Part shown: one piece after another, positions 38,125-48,402 of the stretch
Position numbering within the stretch: position 1 is the first letter of the stretch
Layout: every line of letters starts with the position of its first letter
DNA from: an uncultured delta proteobacterium
Lineage (GTDB): Bacteria > Desulfobacterota > Binatia > JACPRU01
Length of the DNA: 64,000 bases
Assembly (NCBI GenBank): GCA_963745025.1
Contig: CAVUWD010000013.1
Span: forward strand, 96,001-160,000
Direction: 5' to 3'
The notes under the pieces: model-generated
Database searches by the model: none
What the model was told of the DNA's origin: nothing
Seen by the model: only the letters and a program-made list of their open reading frames with translations
Made by a program: the position numbers and the translations under genes

Positions 38125-38162
38125 GACGTTCTGCCTCGTTTTTCGAAATTAGTGAGCTGGAC

Positions 38163-39254
38163 TCAGCGTCGCATCACCTTCGCGGCCGTTGGGGTCCCGG
38201 TCAGCATGGTATGCAGCTCGTCCGGCTCGGTCGCGTGACCCAGCGCCTCTTCGAAGGAGATCAGCCGCCGGCTGTGGAGATCCAACAAGGACTGGCTCAT
38301 CGTTTGCATGCCGTGCTTGGCCTGTCCGACCTGCATCTGCGAGTAGATCTGATGGATCTTCTGCTCGCGGATCAGGTTGCGGATCGCCGGGTTCGGGATC
38401 ATCACCTCGGCGGCGAGCACGCGGCCCTTGCCGTCCTGGCGCGGCAGCAGCTGCTGCGAGATCACCCCCTCCAGCACAACCGAGAGCTGCGCGCGGACCT
38501 GCGGCTGTTGGTACGGCGGAAAGACGTCGATCACGCGGTTGATCGTCTGCACCGCGGAATTGGTGTGCAGGGTCGAGAAGACGAGGTGACCGGTCTCGGC
38601 GACGACCAGCGCCGCCTCGATCGTCTCGAGGTCGCGCATTTCACCGATCAGCACGATGTCGGGGTCTTGCCGCAGCACGTGGCGGAGCGCGTGGTTGAAG
38701 CCCTTGGTGTCCGCGAATACTTCGCGCTGATTGACCAGGCAGCGCTTGCTCTCGTGCACGAACTCGATTGGATCCTCGACCGTGATCACGTGTTCGCGCC
38801 GCTCCATGTTGACCTTGTCGACCATCGAAGCGAGGCTAGTCGACTTGCCGCAGCCGGTCGGTCCGGTGACGAGCACGAGCCCGCGGGGCTGCTTGCAGAG
38901 CTCGTTCACGATCATCGGTAGGCCCAGCTCCTGGAACGACTGGATCTTGTAGGGAACGGCGCGGAAGGCGCCTCCGGTGGAGCCCTTCTGCAGGAAGACA
39001 TTGCCGCGAAACCGTGCAACACCGCGAACCGCGAAGGAGAAATCGAGCTCGAGGTCCTCCTCGAAGCGGTGCTTTTGCGCCTCGGTGAGCAGGCTGTAGC
39101 AGAGGTTCTTGGTATCCGTCGGCGTCAGCGGCGGATAAGGCAACGCCGTCAGGTCGCCGTTGATGCGAACCAGAGGCGGGCTGTCGACCGCGATGTGCAG
39201 GTCCGAAGCCCCTTTCTCGTTCATGATCTTCAGAAATTCTTGGATGTCTGCCAT
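38163..39254 (-). CDS. pilT: Type IV pilus retraction ATPase PilT
   Basis: ASDLH, GPTGCGKST, LRQDPDIVLIGEMRD, TLHTNSA, AIRNLIRE. Confidence 0.96.
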   Translation of the reverse strand: MADIQEFLKIMNEKGASDLHIAVDSPPLVRINGDLTALPYPPLTPTDTKNLCYSLLTEAQKHRFEEDLELDFSFAVRGVARFRGNVFLQKGSTGGAFRAVPYKIQSFQELGLPMIVNELCKQPRGLVLVTGPTGCGKSTSLASMVDKVNMERREHVITVEDPIEFVHESKRCLVNQREVFADTKGFNHALRHVLRQDPDIVLIGEMRDLETIEAALVVAETGHLVFSTLHTNSAVQTINRVIDVFPPYQQPQVRAQLSVVLEGVISQQLLPRQDGKGRVLAAEVMIPNPAIRNLIREQKIHQIYSQMQVGQAKHGMQTMSQSLLDLHSRRLISFEEALGHATEPDELHTMLTGTPTAAKVMRR

Positions 39255-39305
39255 GGCGCTGCTCCCTCGCTACGAGTTCGCCCGCTAGTGTACATGACGC
39301 GCCCT

Positions 39306-40997
39306 TCAGTCCGAAACGGTGACGCGGACTACCTCGTCGACCGTAGTAATCCCCTCTCGCACCTTGCGAAGGCCGGCGGCCCGCAGTGTCTGCATGCCGA
39401 GCGACACGGATTTGCGCTTGATCTCCACCGCGGAGGCTCCTACCAGCACCGCTTCGCAGATCTCCTCCCGCATCGGCAGCACCTCGTAGAGCGCGATCCG
39501 GCCTTTGAATCCGGTCGCGCTGCACTCGTCGCAGCCCGTCCCGTGATAGAATTTCACCCCGTCGAGATCCGCGAGGCGGAAGCCGACCTGAAGTAGCGCC
39601 TCGCGGGGATATTCGGTCTCTGTCTTGCAGCGCGGGCAAATGACCCGAGCCAGGCGCTGCGCGAGAATGAGGTTGAGCGACGAGGAGACGAGGAATGGCT
39701 CGACGCCCATGTTGAGCAAGCGATTGATCGTCGAGGGAGCATCGTTGGTGTGGAGTGTCGAGAGCACGAGGTGGCCAGTGAGCGCGGCCTTGACGGCGAT
39801 CTCGGCGGTCTCGAAATCGCGAATCTCGCCGACCATGATCACGTCGGGGTCCTGACGCAGAAAGGAGCGAAGCGCCGCAGCGAAGCTGAAGCCGATGTCG
39901 TCGTGGATCTGCACTTGATTGATGCCGACGAGGTTGTATTCGACCGGGTCCTCGACGGTGGAGATGTTGTCGGTGATGCGGTTGAGCTCCGAGAGCGCCG
40001 AATAGAGGGTCGTCGTCTTGCCGCTGCCCGTGGGGCCGGTGACGAGCACCATGCCGTGCGGCCGCGAGATCGCCTCCTTGAAATCGCGAAGCGCCGCGTC
40101 CTCGAATCCGAGCTTCGTCATGTCGAGCTGTAGGCTCGACTTGTCGAGCAGTCGGAGCACGATCTTCTCGCCGAAGATCGTCGGGATGACCGAGACGCGG
40201 AAATCCATCTCCTTGGAGCCGGGCAGCCGGAGCTTGATGCGTCCGTCCTGCGGCAACCGGCGCTCGGCGATGTCGAGCGACGCCATGATCTTCAGCCGCG
40301 AGATCAGGGGATTCTTAAACTTGAGCGGCGGCTTCATGATCTCGTAGAGCACGCCGTCGATGCGAAAACGCACGCGCAGCATCCTCTCGAAGGGCTCGAT
40401 GTGGATGTCGCTCGCGCGCTTGCGGATCGCGTCGGTCAGCAAGGCGTTCACGAGCTTGACGACCGGAGCCTCTTCGGTTGCGCGCTCGAGCTCCTTCAGG
40501 TCGATCTCTTGTTCGTCGCGGACGAGCTCGAGGTCCTCGCTCTCGATCTTCTCGAGCACTTCCTGGATGGCGCTTCCGCCCTCGTAGAAATGGTCGATCG
40601 CTTTGCGGACCGAGGACAGCTTGGCGAGGACGACGCGGACGTCGTAGCCGGTGAGGAACTTGACCTCGTTGATCGCGACCAAGTTCGAGGGATCGGCCAT
40701 GGCGAGCGTCAGCGTGGATCCGGCGAGATTGAAGGGCAGCAGGTGATGTTTCCACGCGAGCGAGACCGGGATCAGCTGAAGGACTTCGGAGGCGATCTCG
40801 AGGCTCATCGGATCGACGATCGGCAGCCGGTATTCCCTCTCGAGATGGGATACGAGCTGCTCCTCGTTGACGACGCCGAGGCGCACGAGATGCGCAGCGA
40901 GGATCCCCCCCTGCTGCTCCTGGTCCGTGGTCGCCGAGACCAGCTGATCTTGGGTGATCAGCGACCGCTTGAGGAGGAGTTCGCCGAGGCGCGACAT
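39306..40997 (-). CDS. pilB: Type IV pilus assembly ATPase PilB
   Basis: MSRLGELL, ASDIHIEP, ERRLPQDGR, GPTGSGKTTTLYS, CPRC...GCDEC zinc motif. Confidence 0.96.
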   Translation of the reverse strand: MSRLGELLLKRSLITQDQLVSATTDQEQQGGILAAHLVRLGVVNEEQLVSHLEREYRLPIVDPMSLEIASEVLQLIPVSLAWKHHLLPFNLAGSTLTLAMADPSNLVAINEVKFLTGYDVRVVLAKLSSVRKAIDHFYEGGSAIQEVLEKIESEDLELVRDEQEIDLKELERATEEAPVVKLVNALLTDAIRKRASDIHIEPFERMLRVRFRIDGVLYEIMKPPLKFKNPLISRLKIMASLDIAERRLPQDGRIKLRLPGSKEMDFRVSVIPTIFGEKIVLRLLDKSSLQLDMTKLGFEDAALRDFKEAISRPHGMVLVTGPTGSGKTTTLYSALSELNRITDNISTVEDPVEYNLVGINQVQIHDDIGFSFAAALRSFLRQDPDVIMVGEIRDFETAEIAVKAALTGHLVLSTLHTNDAPSTINRLLNMGVEPFLVSSSLNLILAQRLARVICPRCKTETEYPREALLQVGFRLADLDGVKFYHGTGCDECSATGFKGRIALYEVLPMREEICEAVLVGASAVEIKRKSVSLGMQTLRAAGLRKVREGITTVDEVVRVTVSD

Positions 40998-41220
40998 TGC
41001 TACCGGTTCGTGAGGCGATCGATCCGTCCGAGGCGGTTGCGCGGACGACGTCTTCGATCGACGTGATCCCATGTCGGAGCGGTGTGCCGTCCTCTCATGG
41101 CGACTTCTTTCTCAGCGGTCTTCATCCGACGGTCACCAAGAAAAGGCTAACGTAGCGCCGACGCGGGAGTCAAATCGGGCGCCGACGACTCGTTCCCGGG
41201 CAGGAGCGCCGGCGCGATCG

Positions 41221-42867
41221 TCATGAGTTGCTCGAGGAGGGCACCCTGCGTGCCTCGAGCGCGTCGAGATTCAACGCCAGGAACATCCACGCGAGGAAGA
41301 GGCTCTTGTAGAGATAGAGCATCGGGTCGTGCTGCTCGAAGAGCTGGGTGACATACAGGAGGAGCTCGGCGGCAAATATCCATAGGAGCTCTCGCTGCTG
41401 ATTTCGATGGGCTACGACGAGCAGGACGAGGAACGTGTAGTAATACCCAGATAAATTGAGGCCGGTGAAGACCAAGAGCGTTCCCAGGCCGAGCAACGAG
41501 ACGAGGTCGTCTTGCTTTTGGCTGCGTAGCGCAGTCCATACGACCGTCGCGAGGAATACCGTCGCGAGCTGCACTCGATAGACGCTTCGCCGCCAATCGA
41601 TGGCTTCGGTGAGGGCGGAGGAGGATCCGGGCTCGAACGAGCGACCGTAGGCGAGCCAGTTGGTCAGTCCGATGACGTTTGCCGAGGCGCTCTCGCCGTG
41701 TCCCACGACGTTGCGGCCGAAGGCCAGCCAATGCTCGAGGCCGTGGGGTGCGAGCAGCGTCGCCCCGAGCAGCAACAGCGAGACGCTTGCAAAGCCGAGC
41801 AGGAAGCGTCTCAGAGAGGGAGAGACCTGCTCGCCGCGAACGAGTTGGCTGGCAGCTCGCAAGCCCGGTCCGACAATCAAGAATGCAGGGTAGACGCGCA
41901 GCAGGGCGGCGAGCGCGAGGCATCCCCCGGCGGCTGCACTCCACGAGCACGCGGCTAGAACCGCGCACAGCAAGATCGCCGAGAACGAAAGCTCGCGCAG
42001 GAATGCCCCTCCCGTCCAGGGGAACCCGGCGCCGTAGCAGATGCAGAAATAGACGATCGAGAGCAGCGCAGTCTCGGCGCCGAGCGTCGCGGCTACGGCA
42101 ACGAACGTCGCGCCGACCAACAACGGATCGAGAAGCGTGAGGAGAAACACGCCTCGCCGACTGCCTGCAGGCACGTGATTGGCGAAAGCCCCTCCGACCA
42201 GGGACCAGACGGGAGTAGGATTGTATCCGTGGTCCTTCAGGACCTCGCCCCAGGACTGGCCCATCGCGTCGCGAAAGAGCCTCACGTCGGTCCGAAAGTC
42301 CGTCCATCGCGCCGCTGAGAAGCGAGCTTTGACCGCATCGCTCCGGTCGAGCAGCCGATCGACCGGCAGGAGGTAGCTTCCCGATAGATCGCGAGCCTCG
42401 CCGGTCAGGAAGTAGCCGTACTCTTCTTGCTCCGCACGGAGCAGTCCGACGTAGAGGTCTCCGTAGCCGAGCTCGGCGAAATACTTGGATCCGAGGTAGT
42501 AATGCGCGACGTCGTGGAAGTGGATCCACGAGCCGCCGTGGAAATGTAAGAAGTTCGTGTAGGAAATGGCGGCCGCGAGCGCCGCCGCGGTGAGCGCACG
42601 GCGATAGCGGCTCGGCTCACACGCCCAGGCTGCCCCGAACCTCCGCATCCAGAGTATCAACACGACCGCGGCGGCGATCAGCAGGTCGATCCGGCCGAGT
42701 GAGATCGAATCGACGCCCGTCCGAGGGAAGCGCAGCACGATGAGCGCCAGCAGGAAGAGCGTGACGGCGAAACGGAGAACGGGCGTGGAGGTGAGGCCGA
42801 GGCGGGGAGCGAACCAGGCGAGAGGAAGAACTAGCGATAGGAGAAGGCAAACGAAAGGCTCGTCCAT
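41221..42867 (-). CDS. Polytopic membrane protein, possible GT-C/GT87-like glycosyltransferase
   Basis: FHDVAHYYLGSKYFAELGY, DHGYNPTPVW, WTGGAFLR, LLRVYP; about 12 TM. Confidence 0.55.
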   Translation of the reverse strand: MDEPFVCLLLSLVLPLAWFAPRLGLTSTPVLRFAVTLFLLALIVLRFPRTGVDSISLGRIDLLIAAAVVLILWMRRFGAAWACEPSRYRRALTAAALAAAISYTNFLHFHGGSWIHFHDVAHYYLGSKYFAELGYGDLYVGLLRAEQEEYGYFLTGEARDLSGSYLLPVDRLLDRSDAVKARFSAARWTDFRTDVRLFRDAMGQSWGEVLKDHGYNPTPVWSLVGGAFANHVPAGSRRGVFLLTLLDPLLVGATFVAVAATLGAETALLSIVYFCICYGAGFPWTGGAFLRELSFSAILLCAVLAACSWSAAAGGCLALAALLRVYPAFLIVGPGLRAASQLVRGEQVSPSLRRFLLGFASVSLLLLGATLLAPHGLEHWLAFGRNVVGHGESASANVIGLTNWLAYGRSFEPGSSSALTEAIDWRRSVYRVQLATVFLATVVWTALRSQKQDDLVSLLGLGTLLVFTGLNLSGYYYTFLVLLVVAHRNQQRELLWIFAAELLLYVTQLFEQHDPMLYLYKSLFLAWMFLALNLDALEARRVPSSSNS

Positions 42868-42919
42868 GTGAGACCGGAGTCAGCGTATCGGGAAGCCGAT
42901 CGCGGCCACAAGGCGGCGG

Positions 42920-43792
42920 CTAGTCGAGTCGGCGGAGCGCTTCGGCCATCACGTCGGCCGGCGGCTCTCGCCCGGTCCATAGCCGGAAGCCGAGCCCCGC
43001 TTGCTCGAGCAGCATGCCGAGACCATCTGCAGCCTGCCGCCCATGCCGGCGGGCTGCGCGCACGAGCGGTGTAGGCTGAGCGCCGTAGACGAGGTCGTAG
43101 AAGAGACAGTCCTTCCGGGTCGTGGCGATCGCGATCGGAGGGACGCTCCTTCCGTCGAGTCCGAGCGAGGTGCAATTGACGATTAGATCGGCGGTGGCGA
43201 CGGCTTCGCTTCGTCTGGCCGCACTCAGCGCCCCCGTATCGATCGCGGGGCCTCCGTGCGCGCGGATCGCCCCCGCGAGCAGTTTGGCCCGGTCGACGGT
43301 CCGATTGAGGATCGTGAGCGCACCGATCCCTCCGTCCGCCAGTGCCCACGCCACGGCGCGCGCCGAGCCCCCTGCCCCGAGCAGCAGCGCGGACTTCCGC
43401 CGCGGGCGAAAGCCGAGCTTCTCGATTGCTCGACGAAAGCCTTCCGCATCGGTGTTGTGGCCCTCGAGCCGCTGGCCACGCCGGACGACCGTGTTGACCG
43501 CGCCGATTCCTCGCGCGGCGGGCGACAGGTGATCGAGAAGCGGCACGATCGTCTCCTTGTGAGGAACCGTGACGTTCAGCCCCGCGAAGCCGAGCGCCCG
43601 GGCGCCGAGGACCGCGCGGCGAAGATCGGGCGGCCGCACGCGCAGCGCGACATAGACGAAATCGAGCCCGAGCGCCGCGAACGCGGCGTTGTGCATCGCC
43701 GGCGATCGAGAGTGCCCGACCGGGTCGCCGAGGATCGCGACGACGCGCGTCGTGCCCCGTATTTCCCTCACTGGCCGAGGAGCCTGCGTCAC
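42920..43792 (-). CDS. aroE: Shikimate dehydrogenase
   Basis: GDPVGHSRSPAMHN, NVTVPHK, GAVNT, NTDAEGF, GAGGSARA, DLVY, DGLGMLLEQA. Confidence 0.95.
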   Translation of the reverse strand: MTQAPRPVREIRGTTRVVAILGDPVGHSRSPAMHNAAFAALGLDFVYVALRVRPPDLRRAVLGARALGFAGLNVTVPHKETIVPLLDHLSPAARGIGAVNTVVRRGQRLEGHNTDAEGFRRAIEKLGFRPRRKSALLLGAGGSARAVAWALADGGIGALTILNRTVDRAKLLAGAIRAHGGPAIDTGALSAARRSEAVATADLIVNCTSLGLDGRSVPPIAIATTRKDCLFYDLVYGAQPTPLVRAARRHGRQAADGLGMLLEQAGLGFRLWTGREPPADVMAEALRRLD

Positions 43793-43795
43793 GAG

Positions 43796-43816
43796 TCGCT
43801 CCCGATGGTCGCGATC
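43796..43816. repeat. REP-like core copy abutting the aroE start
   Basis: TCGCTCCCGATGGTCGCGATC. Confidence 0.75.
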
Positions 43817-43853
43817 CCGTCTCCGGTCGAGCATCCTACCGAGTCATGGGCGC

Positions 43854-43941
43854 GCGTCGCAGATCGCGTCAAATGTCGCTCCCGGTGGTCGCGAGAGCTC
43901 TGCCGTAAGCGCTGCCTCGATCGCTCCCGGTGGTCGCGATC
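43854..43941. repeat. 88-bp REP-like element, copy B
   Basis: 78/88 identical to 36589-36676. Confidence 0.85.
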
Positions 43942-43959
43942 CATCTCCGGTCAAGCCTC

Positions 43960-46752
43960 CTACCCGGTGAGCGCCGCATGCGCAGCGGCGAGCCGAGCGA
44001 TGGGCACGCGGAACGGCGAGCAGGAGACGTAATCGAGGCCGCCCCGATGACAGAAGGCGACCGAGCGAGGATCACCGCCGTGCTCGCCGCAGATCCCGAT
44101 CTTCAGCTTCGGCTTGGTGCGACGGCCACGCTCGATGGCGATCTTCATGAGCTCGCCGACGCCGGACTCGTCGAGCGACGCGAACGGGTCCTCGGGGAGG
44201 ATCTTCTGCTGGAGGTACGTCGCCATGAAGCTCCCCGTATCGTCGCGCGAAAAACCGAACGTCATCTGCGTCAAGTCGTTGGTGCCGAACGAGAAGAACT
44301 CCGCGTGCTCGGCGATCTGATCGGCGAGCAGCGCCGCGCGCGGAACCTCGATCATCGTGCCGACCGAGTGAGGAATCCGCTTGAGCCCCGTCTTGTCGAG
44401 TGCCTGGCGATACGCCCGCTCGATGATCGCATATTGATGCGCGAGCTCGGCGGCGGCCGAAACGACCGGGATCATGATCTCCGGCTCGACCTTCTTTCCG
44501 GCGCGCAGAAGCTCGGCGGCGGCCTCGAAAATCGCCCGCGCCTGCATCTCGGTGATCTCGGGATGGCTGATGCCGAGCCGTACGCCGCGATGCCCCATCA
44601 TCGGGTTCGTCTCGTGCAGCGCCTCCGCACGCTTGCGGAGTACCTCGAGATCGATGCCGAGCTCGTCGGCCAGCTCCGCGAGCTTCTCTTCCTGCTTCGG
44701 CACGAACTCGTGAAGCGGCGGATCGAGGAGCCGGATCGTGACGGGCAGGCCGTTCATGACCTCGAGGGTTTTTCGGACGTCCTCCTTCACGTCGACGAAG
44801 AGGTCGTCGAGCGCCGCGCGGCGCTCCTGCTCGCTGCTGGCGACGATCATGCGCCGGAGCTTTTGCAGAGGCTCCTCCGCTCCCTCGCCGTAGAACATGT
44901 GCTCGGTGCGGAAGAGGCCGATGCCTTCCGCGCCGAAGGCTCGCGCCCGTCTTGCATCTTCGGCGGTATCGGCGTTGGCGCGGACGCGCAGGCGGCGCAG
45001 ATCATCGGCCCACCCCATGAGGGTCCGGTACTCGCGATTGCGCTCGAGGTCGGGTTCCACGAGCGGCAGCTTTCCCGCGTAGACCTTGCCCTCGGTTCCG
45101 TTCAGGCTGATCCAGTCCCCGCGCTTCAGCACCTGACCGTTGACGCGCACGGTTCCGGCGCCGACGTCGATGTCGAGGGCGTCGCAGCCGACGATGCAGC
45201 ACTTGCCCCAGCCGCGCGCCACCAGCGCCGCGTGACTCGTCAGGCCGCCTTTGGCGGTGAGGATCGCCTGCGCCGCATGCATGCCGTGCACGTCCTCGGG
45301 GCTCGTCTCGTTGCGGACGAGAATCACCTTGGCGTCCTCTCCGGAGGTTTGTTCGACGATCTGCGCAGCCTCGTCCGCGGTGAGCGCGATGCGCCCATGA
45401 GCGCCGCCCGGCCCGGCGGGGAGCCCTTTGGCCAGCGCGGAATTCGCCTGCTCGGCTTGCGGATCGAGCATCGGCAGCAGCACCTGGACGAGCGCCGCTG
45501 GGCTGACGCGCAGCACCGCGTCTTTCTTCGAGATCAGCTTCTCGCTCGCCATGTCGACGGCCATCTTCACGGCGGCGACGCCATTTCGCTTCCCGACCCG
45601 GCACTGAAGCATCCACAAGCGCTCTTCCTGGATCGTGAACTCGACGTCGAGCATGTCCTGGTAGTGCCGCTCGAGCTTCCGCTGGATCATCTCGAGCTCG
45701 CGGTAAGCCTTCGGCATCGCCGTTTCGAGGCTCGGCAGGTGGCGCGTGTGGTCGGTCTTGCCAGCCTCGTTGATCGGTAGCGGCGTGCGGATTCCCGCGA
45801 CCACGTCTTCGCCCTGGGCGTTCGACAGCCATTCGCCGTAGAAGATCTTCCGGCCGGTGGCGGGATCGCGCGTGAAGCCGACCCCCGTCGCCGAAGTGTC
45901 GCCCATGTTGCCGAAGACCATCGCCTGGACGTTGACGGCCGTGCCCCACTCGTCGGGAATCTTCTCGATGCGGCGATACTCGATCGCACGCCTGCCGTTC
46001 CACGACTGAAAGACCGCGCCGATGCCGCCCCAGAGCTGCTCCATCGCATCCTCGGGAAACGGCTTGCCGAGCACTTCGAGCACCTTCTGCTTGTAAGTCC
46101 CGATCAGCGCGCACAGATCGTCGGCGGAGAGCTCCGTGTCTTGCTTGACTCCGCGCGTCCGCTTCAGCGCCTCGAGCTCGTGCTCGAGCTGCTGCCGGAT
46201 CCCCTTGCCCTCGGCGGGCTCGACGCCCGCGGCCTTCTCCATCACCACGTCGGAGTACATCTGGATCAGGCGGCGCTGCGCGTCGTAGACGAACCGTGGG
46301 TTCTGCGTCTTGTCGATGAGCCCCTGGCGCGTCGTGTCGTTCAAGCCGACGTTCAGGATCGTCTCCATCATCCCCGGCATGGAGCTCCGCGCGCCGGAGC
46401 GGACCGAGACGAGCAGCGGGTTCTTAGGATCGCCGAAGCCGGCGCCGATGATCGATTCGACGCGGCTCAGGTTCCTCGCGACGTCGGCACGCAGCGTCGG
46501 CGGGTACTTCCGGCCGTGCTTGTCGAAATAGGTGCAGACCTCGGTGGTGATCGTGAAGCCCGGGGGCACGGGGAGCCCGAGTCCCGCCATCTCCGCGAGA
46601 TTCGCACCCTTGCCGCCGAGCAGTTCCTTCATCTTCGCGGTGCCTTCGGCCTTGCCGCCACCGAAGGAATAGACGTGCTTCGACGTGCTGCGCGCCCTGT
46701 TGGAAGACCTAACGTTCTTGCGAGAAGGCTTCTTCGCGGACTGGCGAGCCAT
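43960..46752 (-). CDS. ppdK: Pyruvate, phosphate dikinase
   Basis: LLGGKGANLAEM, SVRSGA, GGLTSHAALVAR (phospho-His), FSFGTNDLTQ, GICGEHGG. Confidence 0.97.
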   Translation of the reverse strand: MARQSAKKPSRKNVRSSNRARSTSKHVYSFGGGKAEGTAKMKELLGGKGANLAEMAGLGLPVPPGFTITTEVCTYFDKHGRKYPPTLRADVARNLSRVESIIGAGFGDPKNPLLVSVRSGARSSMPGMMETILNVGLNDTTRQGLIDKTQNPRFVYDAQRRLIQMYSDVVMEKAAGVEPAEGKGIRQQLEHELEALKRTRGVKQDTELSADDLCALIGTYKQKVLEVLGKPFPEDAMEQLWGGIGAVFQSWNGRRAIEYRRIEKIPDEWGTAVNVQAMVFGNMGDTSATGVGFTRDPATGRKIFYGEWLSNAQGEDVVAGIRTPLPINEAGKTDHTRHLPSLETAMPKAYRELEMIQRKLERHYQDMLDVEFTIQEERLWMLQCRVGKRNGVAAVKMAVDMASEKLISKKDAVLRVSPAALVQVLLPMLDPQAEQANSALAKGLPAGPGGAHGRIALTADEAAQIVEQTSGEDAKVILVRNETSPEDVHGMHAAQAILTAKGGLTSHAALVARGWGKCCIVGCDALDIDVGAGTVRVNGQVLKRGDWISLNGTEGKVYAGKLPLVEPDLERNREYRTLMGWADDLRRLRVRANADTAEDARRARAFGAEGIGLFRTEHMFYGEGAEEPLQKLRRMIVASSEQERRAALDDLFVDVKEDVRKTLEVMNGLPVTIRLLDPPLHEFVPKQEEKLAELADELGIDLEVLRKRAEALHETNPMMGHRGVRLGISHPEITEMQARAIFEAAAELLRAGKKVEPEIMIPVVSAAAELAHQYAIIERAYRQALDKTGLKRIPHSVGTMIEVPRAALLADQIAEHAEFFSFGTNDLTQMTFGFSRDDTGSFMATYLQQKILPEDPFASLDESGVGELMKIAIERGRRTKPKLKIGICGEHGGDPRSVAFCHRGGLDYVSCSPFRVPIARLAAAHAALTG

Positions 46753-46837
46753 GATGATCTCCGTTCGCTCCCGTAAAGTCGGGCTGAGTACCACGCGGGC
46801 TGGAACGCCGCAACGAAGCAACCGCCGTGTTGCGACG

Positions 46838-47590
46838 CTACATCCCCAAGATTTCCCGCAGCAGCGCCGGGGAGCGCAGTGGCCGCCTCACGTGATGCGC
46901 GATGAAGGTCTGCAGGAGCACGCGGATCTCGCCGGCGCTGGCAGCCGGAGAAATCTTGGCGGAGCCGTTGCGCAGCGCCGCAAGATACTGCACTGCCGCG
47001 CTCGAGACCGCCATCCCCGATCCATCGGCGCAGACCTGACAGAGCATCGTCCCGGTTCGCGGATTGAAGTGGAATCCGGAATCGTCCGTGGGCAATTGCT
47101 GGCAGCGCACGCAACGCTCGAGCTGCGGCTCGAGCCCGGCGAGCGTAAGCAGGCGCATCTCGAAATAGCGGAGCCACTCCGGTGCGGGCGCCTCAGGAGA
47201 CGAGTCGATGCGCTGGAGCATCTCCTCCGTGAGATCGAAGATCGCGGGCTCCGCCTCGCGGCCCTCGACCATCGAGTCGATGAGCTCGACGACGTAGGTC
47301 GAGTACGCATAGCGCTCGAGATCGAAGGCGAGCTTGCGCGCGGCCCGCACGATGTCGGCCGATTCGATGAAGCAAAGATCACTCTGCCCACGCGTGCGGA
47401 AGCCGAGTCGGACGTGGGTGAAGGGCTCGAGCGAGGCCACGAATCTTCGCTTCGAGCGCATCGCTCCCTTGGCGATCCCCGAAATCTTTCCGAAATCCCG
47501 CGAAAGGAAACCGACGATCTTGTCGCTCTCTCCGTAAGCGCGCGAACGCAGGACGATGGCAGGCGATGAATGGGAAACCGTGGTTCGGAT
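46838..47590 (-). CDS. recO: DNA repair protein RecO (non-canonical start ATC 47590 or ACG 47581)
   Basis: In frame upstream of ATG 47461: SHSSPAIVLRSRAYGESDKIVGFLSRDFGKISGIAKGAMRSKRRF; CVRC...CQVC zinc motif; LRS at C-terminus. Confidence 0.9.
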   Translation of the reverse strand: MRTTVSHSSPAIVLRSRAYGESDKIVGFLSRDFGKISGIAKGAMRSKRRFVASLEPFTHVRLGFRTRGQSDLCFIESADIVRAARKLAFDLERYAYSTYVVELIDSMVEGREAEPAIFDLTEEMLQRIDSSPEAPAPEWLRYFEMRLLTLAGLEPQLERCVRCQQLPTDDSGFHFNPRTGTMLCQVCADGSGMAVSSAAVQYLAALRNGSAKISPAASAGEIRVLLQTFIAHHVRRPLRSPALLREILGM

Positions 47591-47706
47591 GGATATTCTC
47601 CCGTTACCGCACTGGCAAACGAATTTACCGTGATTAGGTTCGACAAGAAAGATCGGGCGTACGACGGTTGCGTTCGAAGCTCCGGCAGGGAGAAGGCGCG
47701 AAGCGA

Positions 47707-48315
47707 ATGACAGACCCTAAAGACGAACCTCGATTCCAGACCGAAGCGGAGAGCGCCCCGCAGCAGGAGGGCGTTTCGCCGACGGCGAAGGAGCGAATTG
47801 CCGAGCTCGAAGAGGAGCTCCGACTCAAGTCGGAGGAAGCCGCCGCGAACCGCGATCGCCATCTCCGAGCCATTGCGGAGGCAGAAAACTTCAAGAAGCG
47901 CCTGCAGAAGGACAAGGGCGACGCGATCCGCTTCGCCAATGAAACCCTGCTGCGCGACCTTCTGCACGTTGTTGATAACCTGGAGCTTGCGATCGAGCAT
48001 GCGGGATTGGAAGGCAACGGCAAATCCGTCGTGCAGGGAGTCGAGCTCACCTTGCGGCTCTTCCATGACGTTCTCGAGCGCCACGGCGTGAAAGAGCTCG
48101 GCGATCCGACCGGCGCAGCCTTCGATCCTTCTACCCAGGAGGCGGCAGAGGTCCAGACAAATCCGGAGTTCCGCCCAAACACCGTTATTAGGCAACAGAT
48201 CAAGGGCTATCGCTATAATGATCGCTTGCTCCGGCCGGCGAGAGTCGTCGTCGCGGGAGAGCCATCGTCGATCGACACGGAGCCCGGCGAGGACGAGAAG
48301 GAGCCCATCCACTAG
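47707..48315 (+). CDS. grpE: Nucleotide exchange factor GrpE
   Basis: LRAIAEAENFKKR, VVDNLELA, FDP, KGYRYNDRLLRPARVVV. Confidence 0.95.
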   Translation: MTDPKDEPRFQTEAESAPQQEGVSPTAKERIAELEEELRLKSEEAAANRDRHLRAIAEAENFKKRLQKDKGDAIRFANETLLRDLLHVVDNLELAIEHAGLEGNGKSVVQGVELTLRLFHDVLERHGVKELGDPTGAAFDPSTQEAAEVQTNPEFRPNTVIRQQIKGYRYNDRLLRPARVVVAGEPSSIDTEPGEDEKEPIH

Positions 48316-48402
48316 CTTAGCTCTGCGGGTTGCAAGTGGGCGCTCGATGGTTACTTAGCCGGTTACTGACGAGGAAATTCGTCGGAAGACGAGGGTGACT
48401 GT

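Noticed and set aside
43796-43941. Short repeats with spacers resembling a mini-CRISPR (also 36611-36676)
   Set aside because: Only 2-3 units, irregular spacing, the spacer is conserved between loci, and no cas genes are present; better explained as REP-like.
43930-45780. 616-aa ORF antisense to ppdK, and similar shadow ORFs throughout
   Set aside because: Same high-GC artefact; Arg/Ala/Pro-rich with no family signature.
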